Notes under the pieces: model-generated
What the model was told of the DNA's origin: nothing
Databases searched by the model: none
Seen by the model: only the letters and a program-made list of their open reading frames with translations
In this document: positions 12,420-25,500 of the stretch, piece by piece
Position numbering within the stretch: position 1 is the stretch's first letter
Layout of the letters: every line of letters starts with the position of its first letter
Program-made: the position numbers and the translations under genes
Source: Sminthopsis crassicaudata
Lineage: Eukaryota
DNA: 64,000 bases
Assembly (NCBI RefSeq): GCF_048593235.1
Contig: NC_133622.1
Coordinates: forward strand, 56,482,001 to 56,546,000
Direction: 5' to 3'

Positions 12420-12645
12420 TCATTACCAAAACATTGTGAGGTAGATAAGGGAAATATTAATACTATTATTTTATAGATAAGAAAACAAGAGCCAAATGAG
12501 TTTAATGATTTGCATTAGTCAGTCAGTCATTCAACATTTATTAAGGGTCTACTCTGATTTGCCCTAGGTGACACTATTAACTAGAAGCAGAACCAGGATT
12601 CCAACTGAGGTCAATTGTTCTATTCACTAAATCACTCTGTTTCAT
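12420..12645 (-). mobile_element. MIR interrupted by a short L2 3'-end piece
   Basis: MIR core (attattttatagataagaaaacaagag...gatttgccc) with agtcagtcagtcattcaacatttattaag, an L2 tail, inside it. Confidence 0.5.
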
Positions 12646-12959
12646 ACAGCAAGGATGGTATATCTATATGGAACAAAAACACATTTCTCTTTTTAATTAG
12701 AAACTCCAAAATTTGTTTTGATAACACACTAAAATTATTGTCTTTTATAACATATGTTTCATTTTAACAATAATTTCATAACATGAAACATTTTAACCCT
12801 AGAAATAACAATTTATATTATATTGATAACTTTAAAAATTGTAAATAGTTAATTGTTAGTTGTTTTTCCTAGTAATATTTCTTAGGAAGTGTGACTCAAA
12901 ATTATTCTGTTCAATCAAAGACATCTTAAGTACTGGACTACTACATGAAATAAAACATA

Positions 12960-13175
12960 TGTCAGACAGTGTGGAATAGCATCTGTTGACCAACGCAAAA
13001 ATATGGGTTCAGACATATAAAGGCATTGTTTATTTGATCAAATCTCTTAGCTTCTCAGTGTTCTAGTCAACTCTATAAGGCTATAATGTGCAGAGAAGTT
13101 TTTGCCCTATACTAATACAGGGAGTTTCTTTATTCATAAGTTCCCTATATCAATAACATAACAAGTCCAGTCTTT
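12960..13175 (+). mobile_element. Marsupial CORE-type SINE with RTE-like 3' tail
   Basis: CORE-like 5' part then cagggagtttc...agttccctatatcaataacataacaagtccag. Confidence 0.45.
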
Positions 13176-13194
13176 AATCACTCTCCCTATATGA

Positions 13195-13450
13195 AGGAAG
13201 CCATCCCAGTACTGGAAACAAATACTAAAATAAATCCCTACTCTCAAGGAGCTTTTATTTCACAAGTGTGATGTAACACTTACGTTGATTAGCATCATAT
13301 ATAAAAAGTAATAAAAAGTTGATTCAGCAGGTACAAATCCCTAACAACTGAGAAGAACATTAGGAAATTAAGGAGTAGCTGGTACTTGACCTGTATTTTG
13401 AAGAAGATAAGAATTCTCGGTGCATCCAAGCCATAAGAAGCAAGATTTAA
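13195..13450 (-). mobile_element. LINE-2 3' fragment
   Basis: gtactggaaacaaatact...ctactctcaaggagcttttattt, the reverse of the L2 3' end. Confidence 0.5.
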
Positions 13451-13659
13451 AACTAATGAGATAAACAAGTTTATACATTGGTTGTGTTCTAGAAAATAAT
13501 AAAGATAGGCTTTACAAATTTACCATTTGTTTATTTTTATATAATTGAATGATTCCTGAAACTGACCTAACCAGCTGAATATTTTTTCTCTTTTGTTAAG
13601 GATGTAAGTAAATCAAGGACTTTTAAAATGTTGTTACTATGGGAATGTCCTCTATGAAA

Positions 13660-13980
13660 CAGGTTGGAAGTGAAACAAGAGAGATCAAAGTCACTAAAAC
13701 TCAAGGAGGAGAGGATTTATAGGAGGTGGCAGGTAGTCAACAATGTCAAAAGCTTTAAAGAAACCGAGAAAAATGAAGATGGAGAAAAAGCCAAGAGATT
13801 CATGAGTTAAGAGTTCATTGTTAACTTCACAGAGAGTGGTTTTAATACCTAGTGGTAAGTTGGAGGCTAGTGCTTCATCAAAGAATAGTATGTGAGGAAG
13901 GGAAGTCAGATAACATGAAAAGCTTTTCCCAGAAGTTGGATTGTGAAGGTCAGTCACAAACCCTATGTGGTTCATAGTAT
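13660..13980 (-). mobile_element. LINE-2 reverse-transcriptase remnant
   Basis: ORF 13694..13975 reads IKTTLCEVNNELL...SIFIFLGFFKAFDIVDY, matching the L2/CR1 RT motif STETALxKVTNDLL...LDLSAAFDTVDH. Confidence 0.8.
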
Positions 13981-14889
13981 TAGAGTTACCTGAAGGTCAG
14001 AGACATAAAGAGCATTTTCCTATGATCAGATATCTTCCTATATCATATATCTAGTAAATATCAGATACGAGTCTTAAATGACATCTTCAAGAATCAATGC
14101 CTTCTTCTTAGATGGACAGCAGGCTGCCAGAATAATAAATCTGTCCATTATATTATAGTACCTCTCATTGAATTAACACCGTTTTGTAAAGGTAAAAAAA
14201 AGAAGTAAATTGACAAACATTGTTCTGCTAGGATTATGCATCATGTTTAATAGAATAAAGAATGTAGTATTAGGCCTACTTATTCAGAAATCAAATGTCT
14301 CAAAAATGACCGTTTAAGTAGAACATGTAATAAAAATAATACTTCTTTTCTATAGGATGAATTCAACATTTCATTTAGAAAAAAGTAAAAACACCAATAA
14401 AGCTTCCAATTTTTATTTTTGTAAAAGAGAAGCAGAGTGTGAATTATTAAGATATAAAGCAGGTTGATACAATTCAAACTTTTTATTTGAATGATCCTAT
14501 ATACTAGCACTGAGCATGTGATTCTCTCAAAGTTCAGTGTCTTGTTCTGTAAAATTTTGATTAAAAGACATTACTCAGTGCCTGCAAAGAATTCATTTCA
14601 GTAAAAATAAATAAACAGAAGAACCTCTAGTGTAAATGAATGAAAAGTATAAAGAATATTGATTTTTAAAAAATGCATAGAATAAATGATGCACAAGTAA
14701 ATTATCAACTATCCCTGTAAGTTAAGAGTAAGAATTTAAATTATCAGTGAACACTTGGGAATAATTAATATTTTTATATTGTAGAAAAGTAAATATTTTT
14801 TCTGATTTTCTTTAAAATATTTTAAGTATATAATGATTTGATTTTCTAGTCAACTATGAAAGTTTCAATTGAATTATGTCATTTTCTTT

Positions 14890-15730
14890 TTTCTTTTAAT
14901 TTTTTGAAGATTTGACATTTTGACATATCTTAAACAGCTTTTATATTCATTTTTATACCAAACAACCAACAGCAAGTCAAGGACAAAAGCAAAAAGCACC
15001 TTGTTATTTATGTGCATAGGCAAGCAAGGGGAAAAAAAAAAAACCTCATTGATTGTGTCATAGAAATATATAAATATATGTACATAGATGCATATAAATG
15101 TTTCATATATTTATATACACATATATAAAATTATATATTTACACACAAACACACTCACACATATACGAATATGCTTCATCACCAGTCCTCCAGACTTGTA
15201 GTAGATAGTTCTGTTGATTTTAAATCTCTTGAGGTTGTCTGTACAATATTGTTGTTAATGCATAAATTGTTCTCATTCTGCTCACTTCATTGTCTATCTG
15301 CTCATAAAAACCTTTCCATGTTTTTTTCGAATCCACTAACTCAATCATCTCTAAAAATACAGTAATATTATGTTCACATAGAATGTTCTACTCATTCACT
15401 AATCAATGAGTAACCTATAATTTCCAGCTCTTTGCCACCACAAAAATAATTATTATGTGTGGGTTCTTTGTCTCCTTTTTTATCTCTATGGAGCATAGGT
15501 TTAGTAGTGCACAAGGTATTCAAGTTTAGTAAGACTAAGCATATGGTTCCCATTGCTTTCTAGCATATTATTTCAAACTCCAGCAATAATATGTAAATTC
15601 ACCTATTTTCTCATAGCTTTGTTTTCCCATTTTTTTCTACTTTGTCTAGCTGATGGATATGGGGTAGAACCAAATTGTTTGGTTTAATCCAAATTTTATT
15701 AACTATTAATGACAGATTTTTTTTCCTCCT
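14890..15730 (-). mobile_element. Ancient LINE-1 3' end (ORF2 C-terminus and 3'UTR) with internal TA/CA tract
   Basis: ttgttctcattctgctcacttcattg..., ttccagctctttgccaccacaaaa..., ttcccattgctttctag: degraded L1 3' motifs. Confidence 0.6.
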
Positions 15731-15919
15731 CATTTGGCTACATATTTCTTCGAACAAACAAACAAACAAACAAACAAAAGAAAAACCTTGCTCATTTCTA
15801 TTCTTTCATAATCAATTGGGGACAACATTTTCTTTTTATAAAGTTTAATCAGTTCCCTAATTATCTTAGAAATGAGATATTTATCAGAGAAACTTGCTGC
15901 AAAAATTTTCTAATTGCCT

Positions 15920-16045
15920 ATTGTTGTTGTTCAGTAATTTTCAATAAAACTCTTCATGACCCCATTTTGGGTTTTCTTGACAAAGAAGCTAGCAGGTTTG
16001 CCATTTCTTTTTCCAGGTCCTCTTCCAAAAGAGGAAACAAAAAAA
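15920..16045 (-). mobile_element. MAR1-like CORE-RTE SINE, 3' part
   Basis: gttgttgttcagt...ctcttcatgacccc attttgggttttcttgacaaaga...gtttgccatttc is the reverse of the RTE-derived MAR1 tail. Confidence 0.75.
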
Positions 16046-16229
16046 ACAGAGTTAAAAAAAAAAAAAAAAAGACTTGTTAAGGAACACAAAACAAATAAGT
16101 GTTTCAAACCATATTTGATGTCTGGGAGATGAGTATTCCTCACTCCACACCCAGCATTCTATTTACAATGCCACTTAACTGATGATTTAGTTGCTTCCTT
16201 AGCTTCTAAGACTCTATACTGAGTTCCAT

Positions 16230-16435
16230 CCTTTTCTCATACCTGGACCTGACAATTCCACCCAATATTTGATCTGTTACTTTCCAGACCAAATTACCCC
16301 TCTTTAATATCACTCCACTATGCTTTAGGTATTCAGACAATAAACTTTTAAAATATGTTTCCCTAGTGTTTAGCACAGTACCTGAATAATAATAAATACT
16401 TAATTAAATTATTTTCATTAATTAATTCATTCAAA
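16230..16435 (+). mobile_element. LINE-2 3' end
   Basis: tttccctagtgtttagcacagtacctgaataataataaatacttaattaaatt...ttcattca. Confidence 0.6.
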
Positions 16436-17574
16436 ATATCTGATTTATTTTATTTTATGATTTTTATTTATACTTTTATTTTTTTATTTTCTAAATTTTA
16501 TCTATGATCTAATTTTCTACTTTCCCTTATTAGTATAAAATATAAATAACTTTGTGTACTTTTTTGATTGTGCCCCATTTTTTATGTTATATTTCATTGT
16601 CATTAATGTAACAATATTAGTGATGTAATTTGTGTTGAATTCAACAATTATTCAATAGATTCAGAAAATTCATCCTTTTACTTTTTCCCAGAGCTACTAT
16701 AAAAAAGATGCATTAGGGTTTCATTAATATTGTTTGAATGTTTTGTGAGAATACTTTCCAGATGAATGTTCATGTACTAAAACTGGTGTTTTGTAAGTAT
16801 TAACTGATTCAAATGCGTTATTTACATTTAGCTTTAATTTTAAAATATCCATAAGTAATTTCTTAATATATTTAATACACCTTCCTCCCTGGTTGCCATA
16901 TGTTCTCTATATCTCTGGATTAAAGGGAATCAAAATAATTATAAGTTCTTTCTTTGTTCTTTGGTTCAATAAGACCTCTGAATTCAAATTAACTCTTCAG
17001 TAGCTATTGTTCATTGACATGTATTACTAATTTTACTTTTAACAAGTTGAAATACAGTTTTGATAAGATTAAAGAAATATTCCATTTCATTAAAGGACCT
17101 GTACTACATATTTATCTGAAGTTATTTAACTATATGTTGTTCATGTACATTGGATGCTGTATAAGATATTTTGGTTTGATTTTAGCTTTGAGTTATAAGT
17201 CATTTAGTTCTATTTAAGAAAGAAAAGAAAAGATTTGAGGATAGAAACTTAAAGGGCATAAGCTGTCCATGAATATTTCTATTTCATTTCAATTTTATGG
17301 GTCTTATTATTTTGGTGATATGTTTTAGAGAACAGCTTCTCCCTCCATATCAAATATTCTAGAATTTTTATTATTTTTTTCTATTTTATCTGGTCACAAT
17401 ATATGAACTAACCATGAATACAGAACTGCGCAAAAGACTTTGTGAAAATCAATAAAGGAAATATAAATATTATTGTTCTTTTCAATAGTTTGTTCAATGA
17501 TTACTTAAAAAATAAGTTACTCTTTTCACTGGGACTTTTTGCAAGATAGATATTCAGACAATAAACACACAAAA

Positions 17575-17750
17575 ATATTTCATTCCCTGTTCATCTATTT
17601 GTTTATATGTGTTGTTTCCCCTTCAGAATGGAGACTCCTTGAAGGAAGGGACTGTTTCTTTCCTTTTAAAAAAAACATTTATTTTGTTTCACCAACATTA
17701 GTTCTGTGGGGCACAGACAATATATACATATTTTTATCTATTAAATAACT
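17575..17750 (+). mobile_element. LINE-2 3' end
   Basis: tgttgtttccccttcagaatggagactccttgaaggaagggactgtttct. Confidence 0.7.
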
Positions 17751-18170
17751 CTAGTAAAATAGATAAAAGAACTATAAGATGAAAGTGAACATTGTGTTAC
17801 TATAATAATCTTTTATCTCTGTAATAGAGACAAGGATATGCAGGATATGTATGTATCCTTTCAACAAGAGTAAGAAACTGAAATGTAGTATACACTGTCA
17901 AGCCATTGAACTCATCAGTTTAATTTGAGTATTTTTCCTTTTTAGGGGAATAAGTGCATTTAAAAATAATTACAATGTTTAAAAATACATCAATAAAACT
18001 TGAAAGAAAAATTTCAGGAGACCTGTAAAAATAACTCAAATATATTTTTCAAGCATTTAGAAAAGTTACTAGGCTTTCATTGTTAAGTAAAGAATCACTT
18101 ATCTTTTCAATTTGAATTTCTATAATGTTATTTCTCAACATATGAACATGAAATTAATTTATCTATTCAT

Positions 18171-18305
18171 NNNNNNNNNNNNNNNNNNNNNNNNNNNNNN
18201 NNNNNNNNNNNNNNNNNNNNNNNNNNNNNNNNNNNNNNNNNNNNNNNNNNNNNNNNNNNNNNNNNNNNNNNNNNNNNNNNNNNNNNNNNNNNNNNNNNNN
18301 NNNNN
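18171..18305. other. Assembly gap (135 N)
   Basis: N run. Confidence 1.
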
Positions 18306-18604
18306 TCTAAGTTCATTTTGGGGAAAAAAAGAGAAGAAAGAAATTGTTCTATTTCAGTGCTGTACAGTATCACATTTTAATGAGGATCAACCTCAGAGAC
18401 ATTTTCAACAGAAAACATTATATATTATGTGTTCTGAAACTCTTTTAGAGAATAATTTGAAAGTAAAAACAATTGTATTGTGATAATTAAGTTACTTATC
18501 ACAACTGCCACTTCTTCCATGAAGCCCTTCTGTGTTTCTTCCAGCTGAAAATTCTTAGATTTTCCTAGAGTAATTATAAAATAAACCTTTTAATTTTTCT
18601 TCTA

Positions 18605-18767
18605 NNNNNNNNNNNNNNNNNNNNNNNNNNNNNNNNNNNNNNNNNNNNNNNNNNNNNNNNNNNNNNNNNNNNNNNNNNNNNNNNNNNNNNNNNNNNNNNN
18701 NNNNNNNNNNNNNNNNNNNNNNNNNNNNNNNNNNNNNNNNNNNNNNNNNNNNNNNNNNNNNNNNNNN
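18605..18767. other. Assembly gap (163 N)
   Basis: N run. Confidence 1.
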
Positions 18768-20329
18768 TGGATACTTTTGACTCCTTAAAGGCCGACAGGC
18801 TGAGCTGATTATCCTTTTCTTTTCATTTTTGTCCTTTTGGGTTTAACTCAGTGAATATAATAAGGGCTGCTGAAAGATTTGTTGATTTGAATTAAATTGG
18901 AGAGAACAGAATTGGTAGGACAACTCCAACAATACCAAAAAGTATTTAAATAATTAGGAATACTATTTTCATCATCTTAATTTTCCTTACTAGAAGTTTA
19001 TATATCAATTAAATCTTCCCTGTCTCTACCTGGTCTTTGTAATACTATAGTTTATAACAGAGCCTAGGACTATATTTAAATCTGATGACTGGAAGAGAAT
19101 TTTAGTAAGCAGGAGAAAATGAGAAGTCTTGAAGAAAATATGGGTTGCTCTTTTTGTGTTATCTTCCTTTACAATTTTCATGAAAGACTCCCAGATCACA
19201 AATGAATAAGTCTGAGAAAGGCAGCACTCTCCAATTACCCACAAAGGGTTATCAAACTGATTAGGAGTAATTGGAAAGATCTTTCAAAGGTCTTAGAAGC
19301 ATGGCTGATTGCAGTCTGTGTGATCACAAAGCATGAAACAGCTAGAGTACTAAAAGAGCCTTCACACAGTAAAAGGGAGAGATATCTTAGTGTATATAAT
19401 ACCTCAAATATTGATGAGCTACAACATGCCAAGAGAAATTCACAGGAAATGAAAATCAATGCTGTAGGTTTGAATCTCAAAATCAATATATGACTGATTA
19501 TAATATAACAATGATCTACATTTCAATAAGGGATTTAATACATGTCAGCTACATTATTTATAGTATTTGTACAAGAGGGAGTTTTCCCTCTCTGTTACAT
19601 AAGAAATATATCCTGACAATTTATTTCCTGCTTATGTATTTTCATAAGCTGTTTATTTTTATCACTGGACCCTGAGGCACATAAACACTATTTTTGAAAT
19701 TCAGAAAATTATATTTTAAATAAAATATCTAAATGAGAAAATATTATGGCATGAAGTCATGTTTGATTAAACATCTGTATTCGTTTCAATACGTTTGTTT
19801 ATTTTTCAATAACCTGGTTCACTAAATTGCTTGACAATTAGAGTAAGCAGGGCAGTTAAGAAAAAAAAAAAAAAAAAAAAAAGCTTACATTTTCACTGGA
19901 TCCACAAAGACAATCAATTACTCAACATGAATTTAAAAACCTCTCATATGTCAAAGGCACTGAAATCTCTGCCTACCCCACCCCTACCTCCATCCCTTCT
20001 GCAAGTCTTTATCTCACTAGCAGAGGCTACTCTGGGCTGTATTTCAACACCAATGGGCAGAGGAGCTTCAGACTTCTATATATGCAAGTTGGCCCATGCC
20101 TCCCTAAGTATCACCATGCCCCCAGATTCCAGGAGCTCACCACACTCAATGACCAAAGTTTAGTTCAGACAGACAATTAGCTTTGAATATTGTAGCTCAG
20201 AACTGAGTTCTAGGGATCTGCCCCAAACTCAGATTCTACTTTTCATACAGTGGATTAAAAGATATGGGCTTAATTGCTAATATTCCAGCTAACAGATTAT
20301 GACAAGACACTCAGATAGTATGGACTAAA

Positions 20330-20760
20330 ATGTATTACTTGAATTATGAAAAAAGTAAGTTCAATGTGAGTCAGAGAAAACTTCATGGAGAAGATAAGGC
20401 TTGAACTGTGAAATATGTGGAAAAATTGGCTGGATAGGAGAAAAAGGCGATGGGTATCAGTATCTAATGCATAAGATTTGGGAGATTTTAGATGATCTTT
20501 CAAGCTTAGCCATATGAGCATAATTGGAATAAAAGGAAGCTGGGATTTACAAGGTATAAGGGGAAGACCCTTGTAGAGGAAACATACTGTGAACCATCTG
20601 GGAGTGTGGGGCTACAGTGAGAAGTGGCTAGTCTCTTAATTCATATGTAAATACCAAAATTAAGGTCCTATTTTAAAGAATTAGAAATGAAGAAGCAAAT
20701 TTAAAATATACTGAGGGATTAAAATTTGACATATGGGGGAAGAAAGAGAGAAAAGTGTCA
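20330..20760 (-). mobile_element. LINE-2 fragment
   Basis: Purine-rich; tcagagaaaacttcatggagaagataaggcttgaactg resembles reversed L2. Confidence 0.5.
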
Positions 20761-20867
20761 GAAAAAATTCCACAGTTAATAAGATGGACTATGAATAGCA
20801 GCATGATCCAAAACTCAGTCACATTTATATCACAATTTACATGTTACAGGATATTTTACACACTAAT

Positions 20868-21088
20868 TTTTGTTTTTTCATGTCAGTCATGAACAACTTT
20901 TTTGGCAAAGGTACTGGAATGCTTTGACACTTTCTTCTCCAGCTCATTTTACAGATGAGGAAACTAGGAGATTAAGGGACTTGCCCAGGGTGACACAGCT
21001 AATTTTCTGAGGTCAGATTTGAAATAAAAAAAGATGAGTTTTCCTGGCTTCAGGCTTAGCTCTCTATCCACTGTGTCACGTTGCTACC
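20868..21088 (-). mobile_element. MAR1-like SINE
   Basis: ttttggcaaaggtactggaatg...cttctccagctcatttacagatgaggaaact...gacttgcccagggtgacacagcta...gtcagatttgaa. Confidence 0.82.
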
Positions 21089-21129
21089 CTATTTACATAC
21101 ATTACCTAGGTTAATTCTCAAAATAATTA

Positions 21130-21370
21130 CATGAAATTATTCTTTCCATTTTATGCAATAAGGTAAGTAAAGTTCAGGAAAAAGATTAAATGACCTCTGC
21201 AAAGTCACATAGAAGTGACACAGCTAAGATTTGACCTCAGTTCAGATGAGTATAGATTTAAAAGTAAAAGGAATCTTTGAAACCATCTGATTTCACTATT
21301 TTTCTCATTTTACAGGTGAAGAAACAGAGGAACACAGACCTTGGGCAAGTTGAACAAGAATAAATGTTTG
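21130..21370 (-). mobile_element. Two adjacent MIR-family fragments
   Basis: Two CORE motifs (ccattttatgcaataagg..., cattttacaggtgaagaaacagagg). Confidence 0.55.
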
Positions 21371-22314
21371 ATCTAACATTTGATATATCATCCTTTGCTT
21401 TTGAAACTAAAATTTCTTCCTTCCAATTTATCACATGCTCCTGAAACTTCAGATTTAGTAATCTTTCTAAAATATCACATTATTACCTAGGGGAAAGTCT
21501 GGATAGATTTTACTGCTGATAATAATGCCAGAAAATCCAAATAAATTTAACTCATTAATGAATGGAAAATTTATGAATGGAATGAGAAGCAGGGTCTGCT
21601 GATGATCATTGAAGTTGTGACTATTACTGAGTTTTCCAGGAGCATTAACAGGATTAACTTCTCTCAACTCCAGTGACTTTTCTTTGAAAGGCTCCTTGCT
21701 TTTATTACCAGAATGCTTAAATGAAGACTTTTTGACAGATTATGCTTATTATTCATAATTAGCAGTACAGAGAAAATGCTATTTTGCAAAATTTACCATT
21801 GAGTCTGGAAATCACACCTCCATGCAACTAGTGCTTATGCAAAAAGAAGCATTTCTTTATATAATAAAAACAAATGGAAACAAAACAATGATTCAGAGAA
21901 CAGATAAGGACAGACAGATATATATTTGGGCTTCATTCATAATTTTTTGTAATATTTAACTCTAAATTACATGTAAAGTAATTGTGTCATTATGATAAAT
22001 ATTTTAAAGATCTTGAAGAGTACTTTGTAATGTACCCTAAATTACAGTTATGCTCAGAGGAAGATTGCATAGAATCCCTCGTTAGATTGATAGGTGAAAT
22101 GTTTCCTTTGCTTGCTTTTTAATAGTGGTCTTAAATACCTTATTAAAACATTTGGAATGTAGTCTTCACTGATGCATTTGAGTTATTCACAGTAACAAAA
22201 GAATATTTAAATCTCTAAATAATAACAAATATATTATGGTATTACAGAAGTAATAAACTGATTATTTACTAACTCATAAAAGAAATGAGGTTTGAGGATT
22301 TTTCAAACAGCTAG

Positions 22315-22500
22315 TAAAAAAACAATTAATAAGTGTCTGATATGTACTTGGGATTATGCTAAGAATAAGGAATTTAAGTATGAAAAATTAATATGAATAT
22401 TAATAAATTTGAATTAGGAATTTAAATATGAAAAAATAAAGTTCCTGCCCTCAAAGAGTTCGCTATCTATTAAGGGAAGACAACAGACAAAAGGAAGCTG
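22315..22500 (-). mobile_element. LINE-2 3' end
   Basis: aattaataagtgtctgatatgtacttgg...gttcctgccctcaaagagtt...aagggaagacaac. Confidence 0.6.
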
Positions 22501-22760
22501 AAAGCCAGGGAAATGGGGATAGAAAGGTATCCAGTTCATAATGATGAGGTTTTCTCAATGACGAGCTCCCTGGAATGCAGTGAAAAAGTCAGAGAAGTTC
22601 CAAAGTTCAACAAACAGGTACAAAATGAAAAGGTGATTTGAGATGAACTCCCTCTTTGAATGGAGGCTTTGATGCTCATGGCTCTATGGAAGGGTAGAGA
22701 ATCAGGAGAATAGAGATTAGAGATGAGTTTGAATACTAGGCCCAATTAGATCTTGTAGGA
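22485..22760. mobile_element. Marsupial SINE-like interspersed repeat (family uncertain)
   Basis: gacaaaaggaagctgaaag...ctccctctttgaatggagg...gagattagagatgagt resembles a recalled marsupial repeat. Confidence 0.35.
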
Positions 22761-23004
22761 TGATGAGGTTTTTTCTAATAGTATATCAAAGGGAATACAA
22801 ATATCAATGAAAAAGGAAATTTTGTTCATTTCAAAAGTTATGAATCTTTAATTAGCTGCCCAAAAAAGGCCTGATAATGGCAAGATAATGTAATATAGTG
22901 AGGGAAAACAAAAACAAAGCAAAACATAGGGCTTAGTATCATAATACTTGAATTCCAGTAGCTCTGTCTGAATATTTGCTAACTGGATGAATTTGGATTA
23001 AAAG

Positions 23005-23165
23005 CTCTAAGCCACAAGGTCTTAAAACTGATGGTGCTGAACTTAATTTTTTTAGATATTTTGATAACTGCATAACAATACAATTGGTTTCCTTTGTAAA
23101 CCTCTATATTTTCTTTAGCACATTTCCAAACATTATTGTGAGAAATATTAAATAGGTTCCAAAAG
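23005..23165 (-). mobile_element. hAT-Charlie-type MITE fragment
   Basis: atattttgataactgcataacaatacaattggtttcctttgtaa...aacattattgtgagaa. A related copy lies in the opposite orientation at ~55110-55260. Confidence 0.55.
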
Positions 23166-23324
23166 ATGGATAGTGGGCTCCATATTCTTACTTTAAACCT
23201 TAGCTTTCTTGCATATAAAAGCTGGAATGATATTTGTATGACCTCTGTCATGAGTTTGTTGTAGTGAACATGTTTTATAAAATCCCAAACAAATATGAGT
23301 CAATTTATTTTTTTATTTATCTAG

Positions 23325-23477
23325 TTATTTATTTATTTATTTGCTAAAGCAATTGGGGTTAAGTGACTTGCCTAGGATTACACAGCTAGGAAGTGTTAAG
23401 TATCTGAGATGATTTGAACTCAGGTCCTCTTGACTTCAGGGCTGGTTCTTTATCCACTACCCCACCTAGTTGCTTCA
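23325..23477 (-). mobile_element. WSINE1-like SINE
   Basis: (ttta)n tail, then gctaaagcaattggggttaagtgacttgcctaggattacacagctaggaagtgttaagtatctgag...tttgaactcaggtcctc...tatccact. Confidence 0.85.
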
Positions 23478-23519
23478 TGAATCATTCTTTTTGAGAGTAC
23501 ATTTAAATACACATATATT

Positions 23520-23704
23520 TCACAGAATCAAAGGATATCAGAATTGCAAAGTACATCAGACCATGTGATTTGCCTCCTGTTTTGCTTGAGAATTTCTTAT
23601 ATCACATGCATGAAATTGTCCTCCATCCATTGCTGGAAGACCTAACATGTGAGAGAAATCAGTATCTCCTAAATTAGCTTATTCAACTATTAGCTTAAAT
23701 TGGC

Positions 23705-23735
<31 letters not shown>

Positions 23736-24045
23736 CTTCTCTTTGACTTCAACTCATTATTCCTAGTTTTATTCCTTGATGACAAACAGAATAAGTTTGA
23801 TTCTTCTTCTAGTTGGCACAGTTTCCAAACCTGGAAGACAGTTAGTTATCCAAATCCAGTTCATTGTTCCCCAGTTTATGCATCCCTATTCTTATAACTA
23901 ATCTTTATAAAGCATATATTACAATCCTTTCCCATCCTTACTTTCCCCAGAAGTTGTAATTGTTATTCGAAAATGTGGTGGCTGAAACTGAATATTTAAC
24001 TCCAAATGTGTCCTGTTCAGAGCAAAATATAAGTGTAAAGTTAAA
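23520..24045 (-). mobile_element. L3/CR1 3' fragment
   Basis: cacagaatc...; aaagtttccttct...ttcctagttttattcc...cagaataagtttgattcttctt; aatgtggtggctgaaactgaat...actccaaatgtg. Confidence 0.65.
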
Positions 24046-24186
24046 GTTACAACCCTCATTCTGATCAGAATGCTTCTCTTAAAATATACTAGATTCCATT
24101 ATTTATTTTGGCTGTTCTATTACATTGTTGTCTTATTTAGAGTTTAGAGTTTAACAGACAAATGATATCTAGCTATAGCTCCTTCA

Positions 24187-24320
24187 NNNNNNNNNNNNNN
24201 NNNNNNNNNNNNNNNNNNNNNNNNNNNNNNNNNNNNNNNNNNNNNNNNNNNNNNNNNNNNNNNNNNNNNNNNNNNNNNNNNNNNNNNNNNNNNNNNNNNN
24301 NNNNNNNNNNNNNNNNNNNN
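24187..24320. other. Assembly gap (134 N)
   Basis: N run. Confidence 1.
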
Positions 24321-25219
24321 GACTTCACTGATTTTCTTTTTTGTTTGTTTTTGGCTTGATTTGTTTTTTTATGTACAATAATATTTGCTCTTTCTCTACC
24401 TCATCTTATATCTATTGTGCTCCATAATCCTTTAAAGATTACTACCAATAATTTAGTCATAGCTGCCTTTCTTGGAGTCAGAATGGTACATTTCCTTTGG
24501 ACCTCAATAATTTAATTCATCAAAGGAAGCTAGGTCCTCTTGGTTTATCTTCATACTCATCTTGGTTTCAATGTACATGCTTGGTTTAGTTGGTTGGTAA
24601 AGTACAGTAAAAGATAAAAACCAAACTGAAATTTGAAGCAGAATGAAGATAAGATTAGGGCAAAAATTGCTGATCAGTGTTTCCTACATTGGCAAAGTTC
24701 ATATTTATCCTATACTTGTTACAATTCATAAAATAGCTCTCTTTTTTCTTCAGCACAATTGTGCTTGTTTTTCAATAGGGTTTGAAGTTAGACTAGTGCT
24801 CTTTTGTCTATTGCTTTAAAAAAATTGAGGGAGGATATAGAGTTAATTACACCTAGAAATTTCCTTTTTTTAAAATTTTTCTTTTTCCTGGATCTATCAC
24901 ATGTTTAGTGTACTCCAACAGGTAAAGGGGGTGGGAGGAAATACATTCTAGTTTTTATTTTTTTTAATGTGTTGCCTGATTTAAATCCATTAGAAGGGGA
25001 AAAATAGAAATTAATTAAAGAAAATTTACATATGTGTTTGTAAAAGTACATAGACTATTTAGGAGTCTTTATTATGGAAATGAGATCAGTTGATTAAAAT
25101 AAAAAGCAAGTTTTGTAGTTGGAGGTCATATCTACTTAGTAAAAAAGAATCTAAAGATCTTTCTACTCATGAATAGATTAATTGGAAATCAATGTGCAAT
25201 CAAAATCACTCCTATTTCA

Positions 25220-25500
25220 GTAACAGTTATTAAATCATTTCATTTATAATAATACTTATTTCCAGTATGCTTTAATGTTTACAAAGCACTTTTCTCATAA
25301 CTGAAGAATTGCTGCTGAGACATTATTATTCTTAGTTTGCTGGTCAAAGATTTATCGGGTCAAAATTTGGAAGGAATCCTAGAAATCACTGAATCCATTC
25401 TCCTCTTTTCAGAGATGAGGAAATAGGAATGGATAATTGAAATTTTAATATCGTACAGGTAATAAATAACAGGGGAGAATTTCAAACACAGGATTCCTCT
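25220..25500 (-). mobile_element. MIR/MIR3 fragments
   Basis: gctttaatgtttacaaagcactttt; ggaaggaatcctagaaatcact...cagagatgaggaaat. Confidence 0.55.
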
